Source: an uncultured Phycisphaerales bacterium (GTDB lineage Bacteria; Planctomycetota; Phycisphaerae; Sedimentisphaerales; Anaerobacaceae). From it: 64,000 nucleotides of DNA. The notes beneath the pieces were generated by a model. It worked only from the letters and a program-made list of their open reading frames with translations, had not been told where the DNA came from and did not search any database. Shown piece by piece: positions 29,867 through 40,481 of the stretch. The stretch covers positions 928,001 to 992,000 of the forward strand of contig OY970359.1 in the NCBI GenBank assembly GCA_963718665.1, written 5' to 3'. How positions within the stretch are numbered: position 1 is the stretch's first letter; each line of letters opens with the position of its first letter. The translations under genes were made by a program, and so were the position numbers.

Positions 29867-32374
29867 ATGTTTGAGCGATTTACAGACAGGGCACGCAAGG
29901 TGATGGCGCTGGCAAACCAGGAAGCACAGCGTTTCAACCACGAATACATCGGGACCGAGCACATCCTTCTGGGCTTGGTTAAGGAAGGAAGCGGCGTCGG
30001 CGCAACCGTTCTTAAAAACTTAGACGTGGATATAAAGAAGCTGCGCTTAGAAGTTGAGAAGCTCGTAAAGAGCGGCCCGGATATGGTTACGATGGGCAAG
30101 CTGCCGCATACGCCACGCGCCAAAAAGGTAATCGAATTCGCAATCGAGGAAGCGCGGTCGCTGAATCATAATTATGTCGGAACAGAGCACCTGTTGTTGG
30201 GCCTGTTGCGCGAGACCGAAGGCATCGCGGCGCAGGTAATGATGAACCTCGGACTTCGGCTGGAAGACGTTCGCCAGGAAGTGCTGAACCTTCTGGGAGC
30301 CGGCGTCGATACGAATGAGCCGACGGGGCTTGATATGAAAATGGGCGGACCTGCGGCGGCAATGGGCGGAAAACCCAAGAGCAAGACGCCTGCGCTCGAT
30401 AGTTTCGGCAGGGACCTGACTCAACTGGCAATCGACGGCGAACTTGACCCGGTCATAGGAAGAAAACGCGAGATAGAGCGATTGATTCAGATATTGTGCA
30501 GACGCACGAAGAATAACCCGGTGCTGCTGGGCGAGGCGGGCGTGGGCAAGACCGCAATCGTCGAAGGACTCAGTCAGCAGATAATCAATAAGCAGGTGCC
30601 GGAGATTCTAAAAGATAAACGCCTCGTGGTGCTGGACCTTGCGATGATGGTCGCGGGGACAAAATACCGCGGGCAGTTCGAGGAACGAATAAAAGCGGTA
30701 ATCAACGAGGTCCGAAGAGCCAAAAGCGTGATATTATTTATCGATGAGCTGCACACGCTGGTCGGGGCGGGCGGCGCGGAAGGCGCGATTGACGCGTCGA
30801 ACGTTCTCAAGCCGGCCCTTGCCAGAGGCGAGGTGCAGTGTATAGGCGCAACCACTCTCGATGAATACAGAAAGCACATCGAGAAGGACGGCGCGCTCGA
30901 GCGGAGATTCCAGACGATTATCGTTGAGCCGCCTTCAAAAGAAGAGACGGTCGATATACTCAGGGGATTGCAGGACCGCTACGAAGCGCATCACAGGGTG
31001 CGGTTCACCGACGAGGCGTTGTTCCAGGCAGTAGAAATGTCAACGCGGTATATCACAGGCAGATGCCTGCCCGACAAGGCGATAGACGTTGTCGATGAGG
31101 CGGGCGCGAGAGTCCGGCTGAAAAATATGGCCCCCCCGCCGAACCTCGCGGAGCTTGAAAAGAAAATCGAGAATCTCCAGCGCGAAAAGGACGAGGCGGT
31201 CCGTAACGCCGACTACGAACGAGCAGCGTCGCTGAGAGACGAGGCACAGCAGATGCTCAACGACAAGACACAGATGCAGAAGAGCTGGTATGAGGAAAAC
31301 AAAGAGGCAACAGGCATAGTTGATACGGAAGTAATCGCCGAGGTCGTGAGCAATATGACGGGCGTGCCTTTGACTCGATTAGAGAAGAAAGAAACACAAC
31401 GGCTGCTCGAACTCGAAGCTGAAATTCACAAGCAGGTCGTCTCGCAGGATGACGCGGTGGCCGCGGTTTCCAAGGCGGTACGTCGCAGCAGAAGCGGAAT
31501 GAAAGACCCGAACAGACCGATGGGGTGCTTTATTTTCTTAGGGCCCAGCGGCGTTGGTAAAACGCTGCTTGCGCAGGCGCTTGCGGAGTTTATGTTTGGT
31601 GACAAAAACGCTCTTGTCCGGCTGGATATGAGCGAGTTTATGGAAAAGCACAACGTCAGCCGGCTGGTGGGCGCTCCTCCGGGATACGTCGGCTACGAAG
31701 AAGGCGGCCAGCTTACCGAAAGAATCAGACGCAGACCATACGCTGTGCTGCTGCTTGATGAAATCGAAAAGGCGCACCCGGACGTTTACAACATACTGCT
31801 CCAGATAATGGATGAGGGACGCCTGACCGACAGCTTCGGCAGAATGATTGACTTCAAGAATGTAGTCATCATTATGACCAGCAACATCGGCGCGGAATTG
31901 ATAAAGAACAATACCGGCTTCGGCTTCAGCAAAAGGACGCCTGAGGCCAACTACGAAAAGATGAGAGATATGTTGCGCAAGGAAGTCGAGCGTCATTTCA
32001 GGCCCGAGTTCCTCAACCGCGTTGATGATATAATCGTCTTCAAGCCGCTATCGAAGGAGAACCTGCAAACGATAGTCGATTATGAGCTTAGCAAGGTATT
32101 CAAACGGCTGACCGAGCACGGTTTCAAACTCGAACTGACCGACCGCGCCAAGGAATTCATAATCGAGAAGGGCTATAACCCTGAATTCGGCGCAAGACCT
32201 TTGCGAAGGGCAATCGAGCATTACATAGAAGACCCGTTGTCGGAAGCTGTGCTGCGAGGCGAATTCAAGGGCAAAAACACCATCAAAATCGACGTGCTTG
32301 ACGAAGACCATCTCAAGCTCGAAGGCGTTGAAGTGCCTCAGCCGGAAAAAAGCGACGAGAAGGCAGTCGTCTAA
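29867..32374 (+). CDS. clpC: ATP-dependent Clp protease ATPase subunit
   Basis: MFERFTDRAR N-domain; two AAA+ modules (GEAGVGKT, GPSGVGKT); UVR middle domain. Confidence 0.95.
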   Translation: MFERFTDRARKVMALANQEAQRFNHEYIGTEHILLGLVKEGSGVGATVLKNLDVDIKKLRLEVEKLVKSGPDMVTMGKLPHTPRAKKVIEFAIEEARSLNHNYVGTEHLLLGLLRETEGIAAQVMMNLGLRLEDVRQEVLNLLGAGVDTNEPTGLDMKMGGPAAAMGGKPKSKTPALDSFGRDLTQLAIDGELDPVIGRKREIERLIQILCRRTKNNPVLLGEAGVGKTAIVEGLSQQIINKQVPEILKDKRLVVLDLAMMVAGTKYRGQFEERIKAVINEVRRAKSVILFIDELHTLVGAGGAEGAIDASNVLKPALARGEVQCIGATTLDEYRKHIEKDGALERRFQTIIVEPPSKEETVDILRGLQDRYEAHHRVRFTDEALFQAVEMSTRYITGRCLPDKAIDVVDEAGARVRLKNMAPPPNLAELEKKIENLQREKDEAVRNADYERAASLRDEAQQMLNDKTQMQKSWYEENKEATGIVDTEVIAEVVSNMTGVPLTRLEKKETQRLLELEAEIHKQVVSQDDAVAAVSKAVRRSRSGMKDPNRPMGCFIFLGPSGVGKTLLAQALAEFMFGDKNALVRLDMSEFMEKHNVSRLVGAPPGYVGYEEGGQLTERIRRRPYAVLLLDEIEKAHPDVYNILLQIMDEGRLTDSFGRMIDFKNVVIIMTSNIGAELIKNNTGFGFSKRTPEANYEKMRDMLRKEVERHFRPEFLNRVDDIIVFKPLSKENLQTIVDYELSKVFKRLTEHGFKLELTDRAKEFIIEKGYNPEFGARPLRRAIEHYIEDPLSEAVLRGEFKGKNTIKIDVLDEDHLKLEGVEVPQPEKSDEKAVV

Positions 32375-32412
32375 ATCGGAACCTGAACGTAAAACCTCGC
32401 CTGAAAATACGC

Positions 32413-32874
32413 TCAAAAGCGATTTTGAGGCGTCATTTCAAGCTCCATTTGGGTTTGCTGCGGCGCGAGAAGTTTGTCGAATCTTGCCTTGTCCATCCAC
32501 TCGATACGGCCGTCATATCGAAGCACAATCACGCCCGTTTGATGAGAAAAAAGAGAATGATAATCCTTATTAACATAGGCAAGAATCGTTTCAGGCGGCG
32601 AATCAATTGTTATCCACCTTGCCCGGTAGTTCAGATTACCGAGGCGGGGCTCCCCAGCAAAGGTTTTTATAATCCCGTCCACATACGATTCAGGCGGCAC
32701 TGAACCGGTTTTCCCCCTGTATTCCGTGACCGCCTTTTGAAGCTGTTCCATCGCCCGCATCGCTTCGGAGCGATTCACCCAGTTTTTCAGCTCTATCATT
32801 CCAAGAACTGCTGCGGCAGTAATCATGATTACCAATGCGAAATTTGTCAGAACCCATTTCTGTTGTCTGTTCAT
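32413..32874 (-). CDS. membrane-anchored hypothetical protein
   Basis: N-terminal TM helix; directly downstream of the purN fusion. Confidence 0.65.
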   Translation of the reverse strand: MNRQQKWVLTNFALVIMITAAAVLGMIELKNWVNRSEAMRAMEQLQKAVTEYRGKTGSVPPESYVDGIIKTFAGEPRLGNLNYRARWITIDSPPETILAYVNKDYHSLFSHQTGVIVLRYDGRIEWMDKARFDKLLAPQQTQMELEMTPQNRF

Positions 32875-32885
32875 AATCTACCCGT

Positions 32886-33956
32886 CTATTTTTTACCCTG
32901 GGGTAAAACTTTTACTCGCCCGCCTTCAACAACCAATCTGCCCTCTGCGAACAACTGAATTGCTTGCGGATAAGCGATACACTCCTGTTCAAATACTCTC
33001 GCGGCCAGCGTGTCTGGCGTGTCGTCATCCTTCACGGGGCAGCACCGCTGAACGATAACAGGCCCGTTGTCGTATTCGTTTGTGCAGAAATGCACGGTGC
33101 AGCCGCTGACTTTGCAGCCGGCTTTCAAAACCGCTTCGTGAACATGATGTCCCCACATACCCTTGCCGCCGAAGCTTGGCAAAAGCGCGGGATGTATATT
33201 CATCACCCTGTTCTCAAACCGGGCAGGAATTTTCCAAAGGCAAAGCCAGCCGCCTTGCACAACAAGCTCGACCTTGGCGGCGACCAGCTCCCGTTCAATA
33301 CGTTTGCTGAACTCATTTATATCGGGATGGTCCTTTGTCCGAATGATTTTAACGTCTAAACCGGCGGTTTTGGCCCTTTCGACGCCGGCAACGGCTGAAC
33401 GCGAGCTTATAACTACAGCCACCTCGGCATCGAGCTTGCCCTGCCTGATACAATCAACAATGTTTATCAGCGTTGTGCCGCCCCCGCTTATCAAAACGCC
33501 GATACGCACGGGCTTTGCTTTTTTTGCTTTTTCAACCTTCATTTCAACGTCTTTTTTACCATTCATGGCGCGATTTACAAGTCCGTCGGCTTTTTTATTG
33601 TCCTCCCTGAAGATATGCCTGACCTGCCAGCTCTCGAATTCTGCAAGCATTTCGACGGCCCGGTCGAAGAGCGGCCTTATCTGTTCGCTTTTCACCTTGT
33701 ATTGACCATTGAGCTGCCTGACTAATAACTCGCTGTCACTGTAAACGGTGATTTGTCTTGCACCGAGAGACCTGGCCGCCTCAAGCGCCTTGTGAATAGC
33801 GGTATATTCGGCAAAGTTGTTGGTCGCTTCGCCGAGGAAAAATGCTTTGGCCTGTAATTGTTTTCCCCGTGAGTCAGTAAGCACAAACGCCGACGCGGCA
33901 GGACCCGGATTACCTCTGCTTCCTCCGTCTATATGAGCGATTACACTCTCCGCCAA
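32886..33956 (-). CDS. purN: RNase HI-like domain fused to phosphoribosylglycinamide formyltransferase
   Basis: N-terminal IDGGSRGNPG, TNNFAEY, SDSEL and NKKAD; C-terminal LISGGGT, NIHPALLP and GCTVHF. Confidence 0.9.
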   Translation of the reverse strand: MAESVIAHIDGGSRGNPGPAASAFVLTDSRGKQLQAKAFFLGEATNNFAEYTAIHKALEAARSLGARQITVYSDSELLVRQLNGQYKVKSEQIRPLFDRAVEMLAEFESWQVRHIFREDNKKADGLVNRAMNGKKDVEMKVEKAKKAKPVRIGVLISGGGTTLINIVDCIRQGKLDAEVAVVISSRSAVAGVERAKTAGLDVKIIRTKDHPDINEFSKRIERELVAAKVELVVQGGWLCLWKIPARFENRVMNIHPALLPSFGGKGMWGHHVHEAVLKAGCKVSGCTVHFCTNEYDNGPVIVQRCCPVKDDDTPDTLAARVFEQECIAYPQAIQLFAEGRLVVEGGRVKVLPQGKK

Positions 33957-34055
33957 TGTATTGCCTCCACAATTTACTTTGAATTGAGAATTTAGAATTT
34001 AAAACCCAGCCGACGTTTGTCTTTCTGAATTCTTAATTCCCAATTCTTAATTCGT

Positions 34056-34790
34056 TTACTCCTGCGTGGAACCGAGCACCAGTATTCGCGTGCAGTTGGC
34101 ACAGCGGATTATATCGTCCTTGGTCATAAGCTGGTTAACACACTCGTTGGTAACACCCATAAAGCATCCGCCGCAGGTATAAGCGCCCGTCCTGCCCTGG
34201 TTCTGTTCGATAACCGCGACCGCTTCCCCGTCGTATGTATCCGCAACGCGTTTGAAAATCTCCAGATGTTCAGCCGGCACGTGCGTGGCGGCCTCGTCCC
34301 ACTCTGACTGAATCTGGTCCGTCTCGGCTTCGTACTTGGTCGCTAATTGCTCCGACTCTTTGCGTATCTGTTCGAGTTTTCCTTTTTGCTCGTCAATCTG
34401 CTGCTGAATCTTCTGTATCTCGGCGTTATCAACCTCGATATCCTTCATCAGCTCGAGAATCTGCGACTCGATTTTGGAATTGTCTGCCCGCGTCGTGTTC
34501 AACTGGGTCAATACAGCCGCGTATTCCTTGTTGGTCCGGGCGGTATTTAGCGACGCTCTAAGCTTGGCAATATCCGCGTCGCGGGTTTTAAGCTCAAGCT
34601 CGAGACGGTCCGATTGGATCGTTGTGAGCTGAATTTCTTCTTTCTTTGCTTCGAGGCCGTTTTGAAGTGTGCGAATCTGATTTTCCTGTATGATGACGTT
34701 TCTTCTGCACCTGGCAAGCTTCGCTTTGGCCGCTCGAAGACGGTTCTCCACGCTCTGAAGCTTTATCAGCGCCTGTAATACCGAGCCCAT
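34056..34790 (-). CDS. coiled-coil protein with C4 zinc ribbon (DUF164-like)
   Basis: Long coiled coil followed by CGGC...CANC.RIL. Confidence 0.9.
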   Translation of the reverse strand: MGSVLQALIKLQSVENRLRAAKAKLARCRRNVIIQENQIRTLQNGLEAKKEEIQLTTIQSDRLELELKTRDADIAKLRASLNTARTNKEYAAVLTQLNTTRADNSKIESQILELMKDIEVDNAEIQKIQQQIDEQKGKLEQIRKESEQLATKYEAETDQIQSEWDEAATHVPAEHLEIFKRVADTYDGEAVAVIEQNQGRTGAYTCGGCFMGVTNECVNQLMTKDDIIRCANCTRILVLGSTQE

Positions 34791-34930
34791 CTATTACCTT
34801 TCAAAATTGCACACCATGTATGTTCAGCTTTATAATTATGCGCGACTTCGTCGATTGCTGCAACCGGTTTTATGATATTTTTTTCGCCGGACATCACATC
34901 ACCCGCCAGTCCCAAATCGCCGAAGTCGGC

Positions 34931-35137
34931 TTAAAATTTCGCCTCGCCGCACCACCAGTCCTCGCCGGTAACCGGAAAGCCGCGATTCGATACCTCACAA
35001 AAGTTCTGATATACCCGCCCGGTAAAAAATACCGACGGCGGATACCTGCGGCATTCACCCCGCAGCACCTTTGCCCCCTGCTCTGCAAGCTGACTCCACC
35101 ACTTGCAATCCTTGCAAAATGTATAAGTGTGTTTCAT
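34931..35137 (-). CDS. small Cys-rich putative metal-binding protein
   Basis: CKDC...GECRRYPP...FP...WWCGE; RBS GAGG. Confidence 0.7.
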   Translation of the reverse strand: MKHTYTFCKDCKWWSQLAEQGAKVLRGECRRYPPSVFFTGRVYQNFCEVSNRGFPVTGEDWWCGEAKF

Positions 35138-35286
35138 TTCCTCTTCCCGAAACGAAATTTCGCTATATTAATTTTTCAATCAAGCAGCAAAACACAAACT
35201 TGGGCGACTTAATTATAGGACTATTCCGGCGAAAAAAGCAATGGGGAACCAGGAAAATTCTTTTAAAACGCTAATAGTTTTTCGGC

Positions 35287-35631
35287 TTATGCCCGCAAAC
35301 CGCGACAGAGCAACTCGATGTCTCTGGCGACAATATCCGCTATTACCGGGTCGCCGGCAGCGTTAAAACCTTCTGAGAAGCCATATCTGCTTAGGAATGG
35401 CTTCTTTTCAGCCGGTGCGGAACCTCCAGGCCCTCTGCGACGCTCGGCGGTAAGCCGGCGATGTTCCACCATTATGTCTTCGGCAAGGTCAAAATGCGGG
35501 ATATCAGTATTACTAACGCCATCGCCTTTGCCCGCTGGGCCGGCAGTGCCTGGTATTATGTCCTTAGCCCGCAGAATATCCTGTATGCGAGAGGTTTTGA
35601 AGTCATCGGCTTGTCTGTCTTTTTCGGCCAT
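35287..35631 (-). CDS. hypothetical protein
   Basis: ORF with IPHFDLAEDIM...RRGPG and IADIVARDIE.LC segments. Confidence 0.6.
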   Translation of the reverse strand: MAEKDRQADDFKTSRIQDILRAKDIIPGTAGPAGKGDGVSNTDIPHFDLAEDIMVEHRRLTAERRRGPGGSAPAEKKPFLSRYGFSEGFNAAGDPVIADIVARDIELLCRGLRA

Positions 35632-35727
35632 TTGCAATTTATCCCGTCTCTGCCAATTTATCTATTTTAACAGTCGGACAGGCAGGATTCAAGCGGGAAT
35701 AACCAAAAACGGGGTAATCTCTCGGGC

Positions 35728-35790
35728 AAAAAAATAAGGGCCTGCCCTTTGTAGCGCAACAAAAAAGGGCCTACCCTCCACGCAGGCCCT
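35728..35790 (-). terminator. probable intrinsic terminator downstream of the M16 peptidases
   Basis: AGGGCCTGC...GCAGGCCCT stem with an A-run on its left (U-run on the minus strand). Confidence 0.45.
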
Positions 35791-35882
35791 CGGATATTTA
35801 TCGGCTCTGGAATAATTGCTTAGCGATTTTTCGACCGATTTGACAGGTGACTTTATGGCTATCAATTATGAATCCGAAATTT

Positions 35883-37109
35883 TTAGCTGTTTTGTGCCGG
35901 GGCTAAGGAGAACTGGGCAAATTCGCCAAGGGGATAATCTTTCAGAAGGGTATTTATCTCGGCGACAGTAACCGCCTTAATCGCTTTTACGTCCTCTTCT
36001 ATTTTGCGATACCGGCCAAGATACATCCAGTTGGAACCCAGTACATCTAACCGACTCATAGGCAACTCGTTCTTTATCACCAGTGAGCTTAGGGCCTTGT
36101 TCTTGGCCTTGGTCAATTCGTCTTCTGTAACGCCTGTTTTCGTCAGGTCGGCAAATATCCTGCTTATGATTTCCATCGCTTTGGCGGTATTTTCGCTGCT
36201 GCAACGGATATATGTGTAATTTGCGCCTGTGCCGTCCATCGGTGAAAAACCCAGGGACGCCGTTTCGACTATCGCTTTATCGACAAGCTCCCAGAAAAAT
36301 CTCGACCCGACGTCATCGCCTACAATCATACTCAAAAGTGCAGCGGCGAACCGTTTATCGCTCTGTGCGCTTACCGACGGACTCATAAGGCAAACGTGTT
36401 CGCGAGAAAGGTTGGCTTTCTCTAAGCGTTTTTTGTCTCTTCCGCCGCGAGTATCTGTGATTTTTCTTCCCACTTCAAAGCTTTCCCATCCGGAGCAACC
36501 CGCCTCGATTATGTCGCGAATCGCCTCCCAGTCAAAATTGCCCGCGAACGCCGCGACCATATTATTCGGTGCGTATCGCTGAGAGAAATATCCACGCATC
36601 TGCTCAGCTGTCATCGCATCTATACAATCTTCGCTTCCGAGGACACTGTGCCCACAGGGATGCCCCGCGAAATAAAGCTCTCGGCACCTGTCCATAACAT
36701 CGAAACTGGGTATATCCTTATACCTCGCGATTTCTTCCTTGATGACATTTTTTTCCATGTTGAAATCTTCTGTGCGCAGTGCGGGCCTCATCATCTCTAT
36801 CCAGAGTTGCGTTATTTCCGCCAAGTATTCAGGCAAAACCGCAGCATAGTAAACCGTGTTTTCCTCGCCGGTTCCAGCATTACACATAGCCCCCACTTTA
36901 TCGAAGGCCTCGTTGACAGCGGCGTAACTGAGCCGTTCGGTGCCCTTGAAAATCATATGTTCGAGAAAATGTGACACGCCGTTGATTTTCAAATCCTCAT
37001 CGCGTGAGCCGGTCTTCACAAAAAAACCGACGGCGGTCGATTTGGCGCTTTTATTTACCTCGCCGATAACCGTCAGTCCGTTTTTTGATTTATGAATCTT
37101 AAATTCCAT
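35883..37109 (-). CDS. M16 family zinc peptidase, catalytic subunit
   Basis: HFLEH inverted zinc-binding motif; EKNVIKEE. Confidence 0.93.
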   Translation of the reverse strand: MEFKIHKSKNGLTVIGEVNKSAKSTAVGFFVKTGSRDEDLKINGVSHFLEHMIFKGTERLSYAAVNEAFDKVGAMCNAGTGEENTVYYAAVLPEYLAEITQLWIEMMRPALRTEDFNMEKNVIKEEIARYKDIPSFDVMDRCRELYFAGHPCGHSVLGSEDCIDAMTAEQMRGYFSQRYAPNNMVAAFAGNFDWEAIRDIIEAGCSGWESFEVGRKITDTRGGRDKKRLEKANLSREHVCLMSPSVSAQSDKRFAAALLSMIVGDDVGSRFFWELVDKAIVETASLGFSPMDGTGANYTYIRCSSENTAKAMEIISRIFADLTKTGVTEDELTKAKNKALSSLVIKNELPMSRLDVLGSNWMYLGRYRKIEEDVKAIKAVTVAEINTLLKDYPLGEFAQFSLAPAQNS

Positions 37110-37116
37110 ATCTTTA

Positions 37117-38352
37117 CTATCCGACCTTCACTTCCTTCGGGCCAATTGTTACGACCGTAAAATCCCTGAAGCGATTTTCTCGCAGGAACGTCAGCACTGA
37201 ATCGACGCTTGTCTTGTCGATTGCTTTTTTGATTTCGTCGAGAGAGCGGACTTTACCGAGCATATAATAATCGCCCGCAATTGAGCCCGCCCTGCTGCTG
37301 GATGATTCGCTTTGCATAATAAGCGATGATTTCAGGCCGGCTTTGGCTCGCCCAAGCTCATCTTCGCTGATGCCTTCAGCAAGACGATTGAATTCCGTAA
37401 CTATCACGTCGTATGCCTGTTGCGCCTTATCCGGCGTCGTGCCGGTGTAACAGGCAATTCCCGCTGATTCCTTCATCGCGTGATATTGTGCGCCAACGGC
37501 GTAGCAAAGCCCGCGTTTTTCCCTGACCTCGGTAAACAACCTCGCACCCATCCCGCCCGACAGCACCGCTACGGCGATACGCGCGTTATAATAATTCTTG
37601 TCCTGCACAGCAACGGTCGGCGTCATAAGCCCGATATGCACCTGCGCCCCATCATTGGGAATATGTTTATAGCGTCCGCCAGCTGCACCTGTCTTAAGCG
37701 ACCTGAATCGTTTGCCGGTCTTCGCGCCAAATATCTTTTCAACCTGGCGCACAACCGCGTCAAAATCATATTTCCCTGCGACCGAAAAAATCATCTCAGC
37801 GGGATTGAATCTCTCGGCGATAATTTTCTTGGTCGTTTCGGGCGTAAGCGATTCGAGGTCCGCAATCTCGCCCGCGGTGCTCCTGCCTAACGGCTCCGGA
37901 TAAAACTGCTCGCGCAATTTCAGCATAACCTTATGCCCTGGGTCATCATCAAGCCCCTTTACTTCTTCGATTGCGAGCTGCCTGGCCGGGATAAACTGCT
38001 CATCCTCGAGTTTTGGGTTAAGTATTATATCGCCGTACAAATCAATCGCCGCAGCCAAGTTGCTCGCCTCCAGGGCCGCGCCGATTGAGATATTCGCGCT
38101 ATCGACTCCACCACCTGAACGCCGAAGCCCCAGCCCGTCGAGGGCGTCGCCTAACTGCCTGTTGTCCCTTTGGCCCGCGCCGCGGAATATCCAGTCGGCT
38201 ATCACATTGGCCGCCCCGCAGCATCCCGCGGGCATAACCGAAGCGCCGACAGGCAGCATAAAACCAAACGCCACCGACTCCACGGCTTCCATCCGCTCGC
38301 CGAGCAAAACAAGCCCGTTGCTCAGTTTATGTCTGTCGAGTTTTTGTTTCAT
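37117..38352 (-). CDS. M16 family peptidase, non-catalytic partner
   Basis: Lacks HxxEH; carries RLFTEVREKRGLCY. Confidence 0.9.
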   Translation of the reverse strand: MKQKLDRHKLSNGLVLLGERMEAVESVAFGFMLPVGASVMPAGCCGAANVIADWIFRGAGQRDNRQLGDALDGLGLRRSGGGVDSANISIGAALEASNLAAAIDLYGDIILNPKLEDEQFIPARQLAIEEVKGLDDDPGHKVMLKLREQFYPEPLGRSTAGEIADLESLTPETTKKIIAERFNPAEMIFSVAGKYDFDAVVRQVEKIFGAKTGKRFRSLKTGAAGGRYKHIPNDGAQVHIGLMTPTVAVQDKNYYNARIAVAVLSGGMGARLFTEVREKRGLCYAVGAQYHAMKESAGIACYTGTTPDKAQQAYDVIVTEFNRLAEGISEDELGRAKAGLKSSLIMQSESSSSRAGSIAGDYYMLGKVRSLDEIKKAIDKTSVDSVLTFLRENRFRDFTVVTIGPKEVKVG

Positions 38353-38474
38353 ATCTCAATCCATTCCGCAAAAGTGCCGGAGATTGTAACCGCCATCAAT
38401 CCCTTTATCAATCATCAATCCTTACTCGCTTTGGCGTTGATATTATTTATCCAGGCCGGTATGCTCTTGGGCTT

Positions 38475-39083
38475 ATGGAAAAAATAAACGCAGTTATTTT
38501 TGACTGGGGCGGTGTCTTAATCGAGGACCCGGCGCCGGCATTATTCAAATATTGCGCAAATGCGCTCGGCGTCAGCGAAGAGCGATACGTAATCACCTTC
38601 GACATCTGTGTGAATGATTTCCAGACCGGCGCAATTACCGAAAACCAGTTCTGGATGAATATGACTGAACGCCTCAATGTGCCGATGCCCAAAGCCGCTT
38701 CCCTCTGGACGGAGGCATTCACCGCAGCATACAAACCAAGGCAGGAAATGTTCTCGCTGGCGTCCCGACTGCGAAGGGCCGGCTGCAAAACCGCAATATT
38801 ATCCAATACCGAAATGCCCGTTGTCGAAATTATAAATAAGAAAAAATACGACGCCTTCGACGTAACAATTCTGTCCTGCCTCGAAGGCACAGCCAAACCC
38901 GGAAGAAAAATTTACGACCTCGCTCTCACCCGGCTCGGTGTTCCGGCCGGACAAACCCTTTTTATCGACGACAAACCCGAGAACATCGACGGGGCAAAAC
39001 AGGCCGGGCTTCAAACAATTCTCTTCAAAACAATCGAAAAGTTAAAAAAAGACATAGCTGGATTTTTCCCGAATATTGTATAA
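38475..39083 (+). CDS. HAD family phosphatase
   Basis: IFDWGGV, LSNT, KP and FIDD motifs. Confidence 0.9.
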   Translation: MEKINAVIFDWGGVLIEDPAPALFKYCANALGVSEERYVITFDICVNDFQTGAITENQFWMNMTERLNVPMPKAASLWTEAFTAAYKPRQEMFSLASRLRRAGCKTAILSNTEMPVVEIINKKKYDAFDVTILSCLEGTAKPGRKIYDLALTRLGVPAGQTLFIDDKPENIDGAKQAGLQTILFKTIEKLKKDIAGFFPNIV

Positions 39084-39140
39084 TGGTCATAAGCCATAAT
39101 TAACAATAGCCACACCGAGAGTAAAAGGACGGGTAAAATT

Positions 39141-40142
39141 ATGTCGCACAAGATAACTCGTCGGGGCCTCATCGCCGGCTCAATCGTAGGAGCCGCCGGC
39201 TTTGTCGGGCTGGAAGAAAGAATCCTTTTGGCCGCAATGCAGGAGGGCGACCCGAACGCAATAAAACCGCCCCCCATAAATGCAGCCCAAATCCCCACAG
39301 GCAAACTCGGCAACCTTACAATCAGCAGGATGATTCTGGGAGGCAATCTCATCGGCGGCTGGGCACATTCACGCGACCTGATATATGTATCGAAACTGTT
39401 CAAAGCATATAACACCGAAGAGAAAGTATTTCAGACGCTGCATCTCGCGGAGCAATACGGCATCAACACTATCCTCATCGACGTCAGCCAGATGGACATC
39501 GTCAACAAGTACAAAAAGCAAACCAGCGGCAAAATCCAGATGGTAGTAAATGTCAAGCCGCCTGAAGAAAATCCGATTGCCAATATTGACGTGGCTGCGG
39601 ACAAAGGCGCCTCAACGATATACCTGCACGGCGCGGCCGGTGACACCTTCGTGAAACAGGGACATGTAGATATCATTTCGAAAACGCTCGAACACATACG
39701 AAAGAAGGGCTTGCAGGCGGGCGTTGGCTGTCATTCGGTTTACGTCCTGCAGCAGTGCAGGGATGTAAAAATCGAGCCGGATTACTGGGTAAAGACCTTC
39801 CACCACGACAAATACTGGTCGGCTCATCCCAAGGAAAAACGCGAGCCGTTCTCCGTTGACAGTAAACAATCCGACGACCACAATGAAATCCACGACAATA
39901 TGTTTTGTCTTGAGCCACAGGAAACAATCGACTTTTTCAAGACCGAGGAAAAACCCTGGATTGCCTTCAAAACGCTCGCCGCGGGCGCGATATTCCCAAA
40001 GAGCGGCTTCAAATACGCCTTTGAAAACGGTGCTGATTTCATCACCGTGGGTATGTTCGATTTCCAGATTGCCGAAGACACAGCCGCTGTCCGGGAAGTA
40101 CTTGAAAAAACAACGCAAAGACAGCGCCAGTGGCGCAGTTAA
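39141..40142 (+). CDS. Tat-exported aldo/keto-reductase-like protein
   Basis: TRRGLI Tat motif; ISRMILGGN and IAFKTLAAG. Confidence 0.8.
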   Translation: MSHKITRRGLIAGSIVGAAGFVGLEERILLAAMQEGDPNAIKPPPINAAQIPTGKLGNLTISRMILGGNLIGGWAHSRDLIYVSKLFKAYNTEEKVFQTLHLAEQYGINTILIDVSQMDIVNKYKKQTSGKIQMVVNVKPPEENPIANIDVAADKGASTIYLHGAAGDTFVKQGHVDIISKTLEHIRKKGLQAGVGCHSVYVLQQCRDVKIEPDYWVKTFHHDKYWSAHPKEKREPFSVDSKQSDDHNEIHDNMFCLEPQETIDFFKTEEKPWIAFKTLAAGAIFPKSGFKYAFENGADFITVGMFDFQIAEDTAAVREVLEKTTQRQRQWRS

Positions 40143-40151
40143 AAATTTTAT

Positions 40152-40400
40152 TCACTTTTCCTTTTTATCCGGCTTGTCATCGACCTGCTTATCCGGCCCG
40201 ACGCCGAGTTTTTTCATAAACCTGTCCAGTACGGCCGTCTGCTTATCACTAAGAAACTTCCTGAAAAATAACATTCGGACGCCAATCAGTTCCAATCCAA
40301 TCAACGCGAGCCACGAACCGGGCGTCAGGGGAGTCAATAACGCGAAAACCCCATATATAATCAGAATTACGCCAATTACTTTTTTAATGATTGTCTTCAT
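40152..40400 (-). CDS. small membrane protein (PGPGW-like)
   Basis: Two TM segments flanking TPGSW. Confidence 0.65.
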   Translation of the reverse strand: MKTIIKKVIGVILIIYGVFALLTPLTPGSWLALIGLELIGVRMLFFRKFLSDKQTAVLDRFMKKLGVGPDKQVDDKPDKKEK

Positions 40401-40481
40401 TTTGCCCGACGATTATAAACCAGCCCACGCAAACGGTCAAAGTTATTGCCAAACGACGCGGTTGTCACTATAAAAGGCGAA

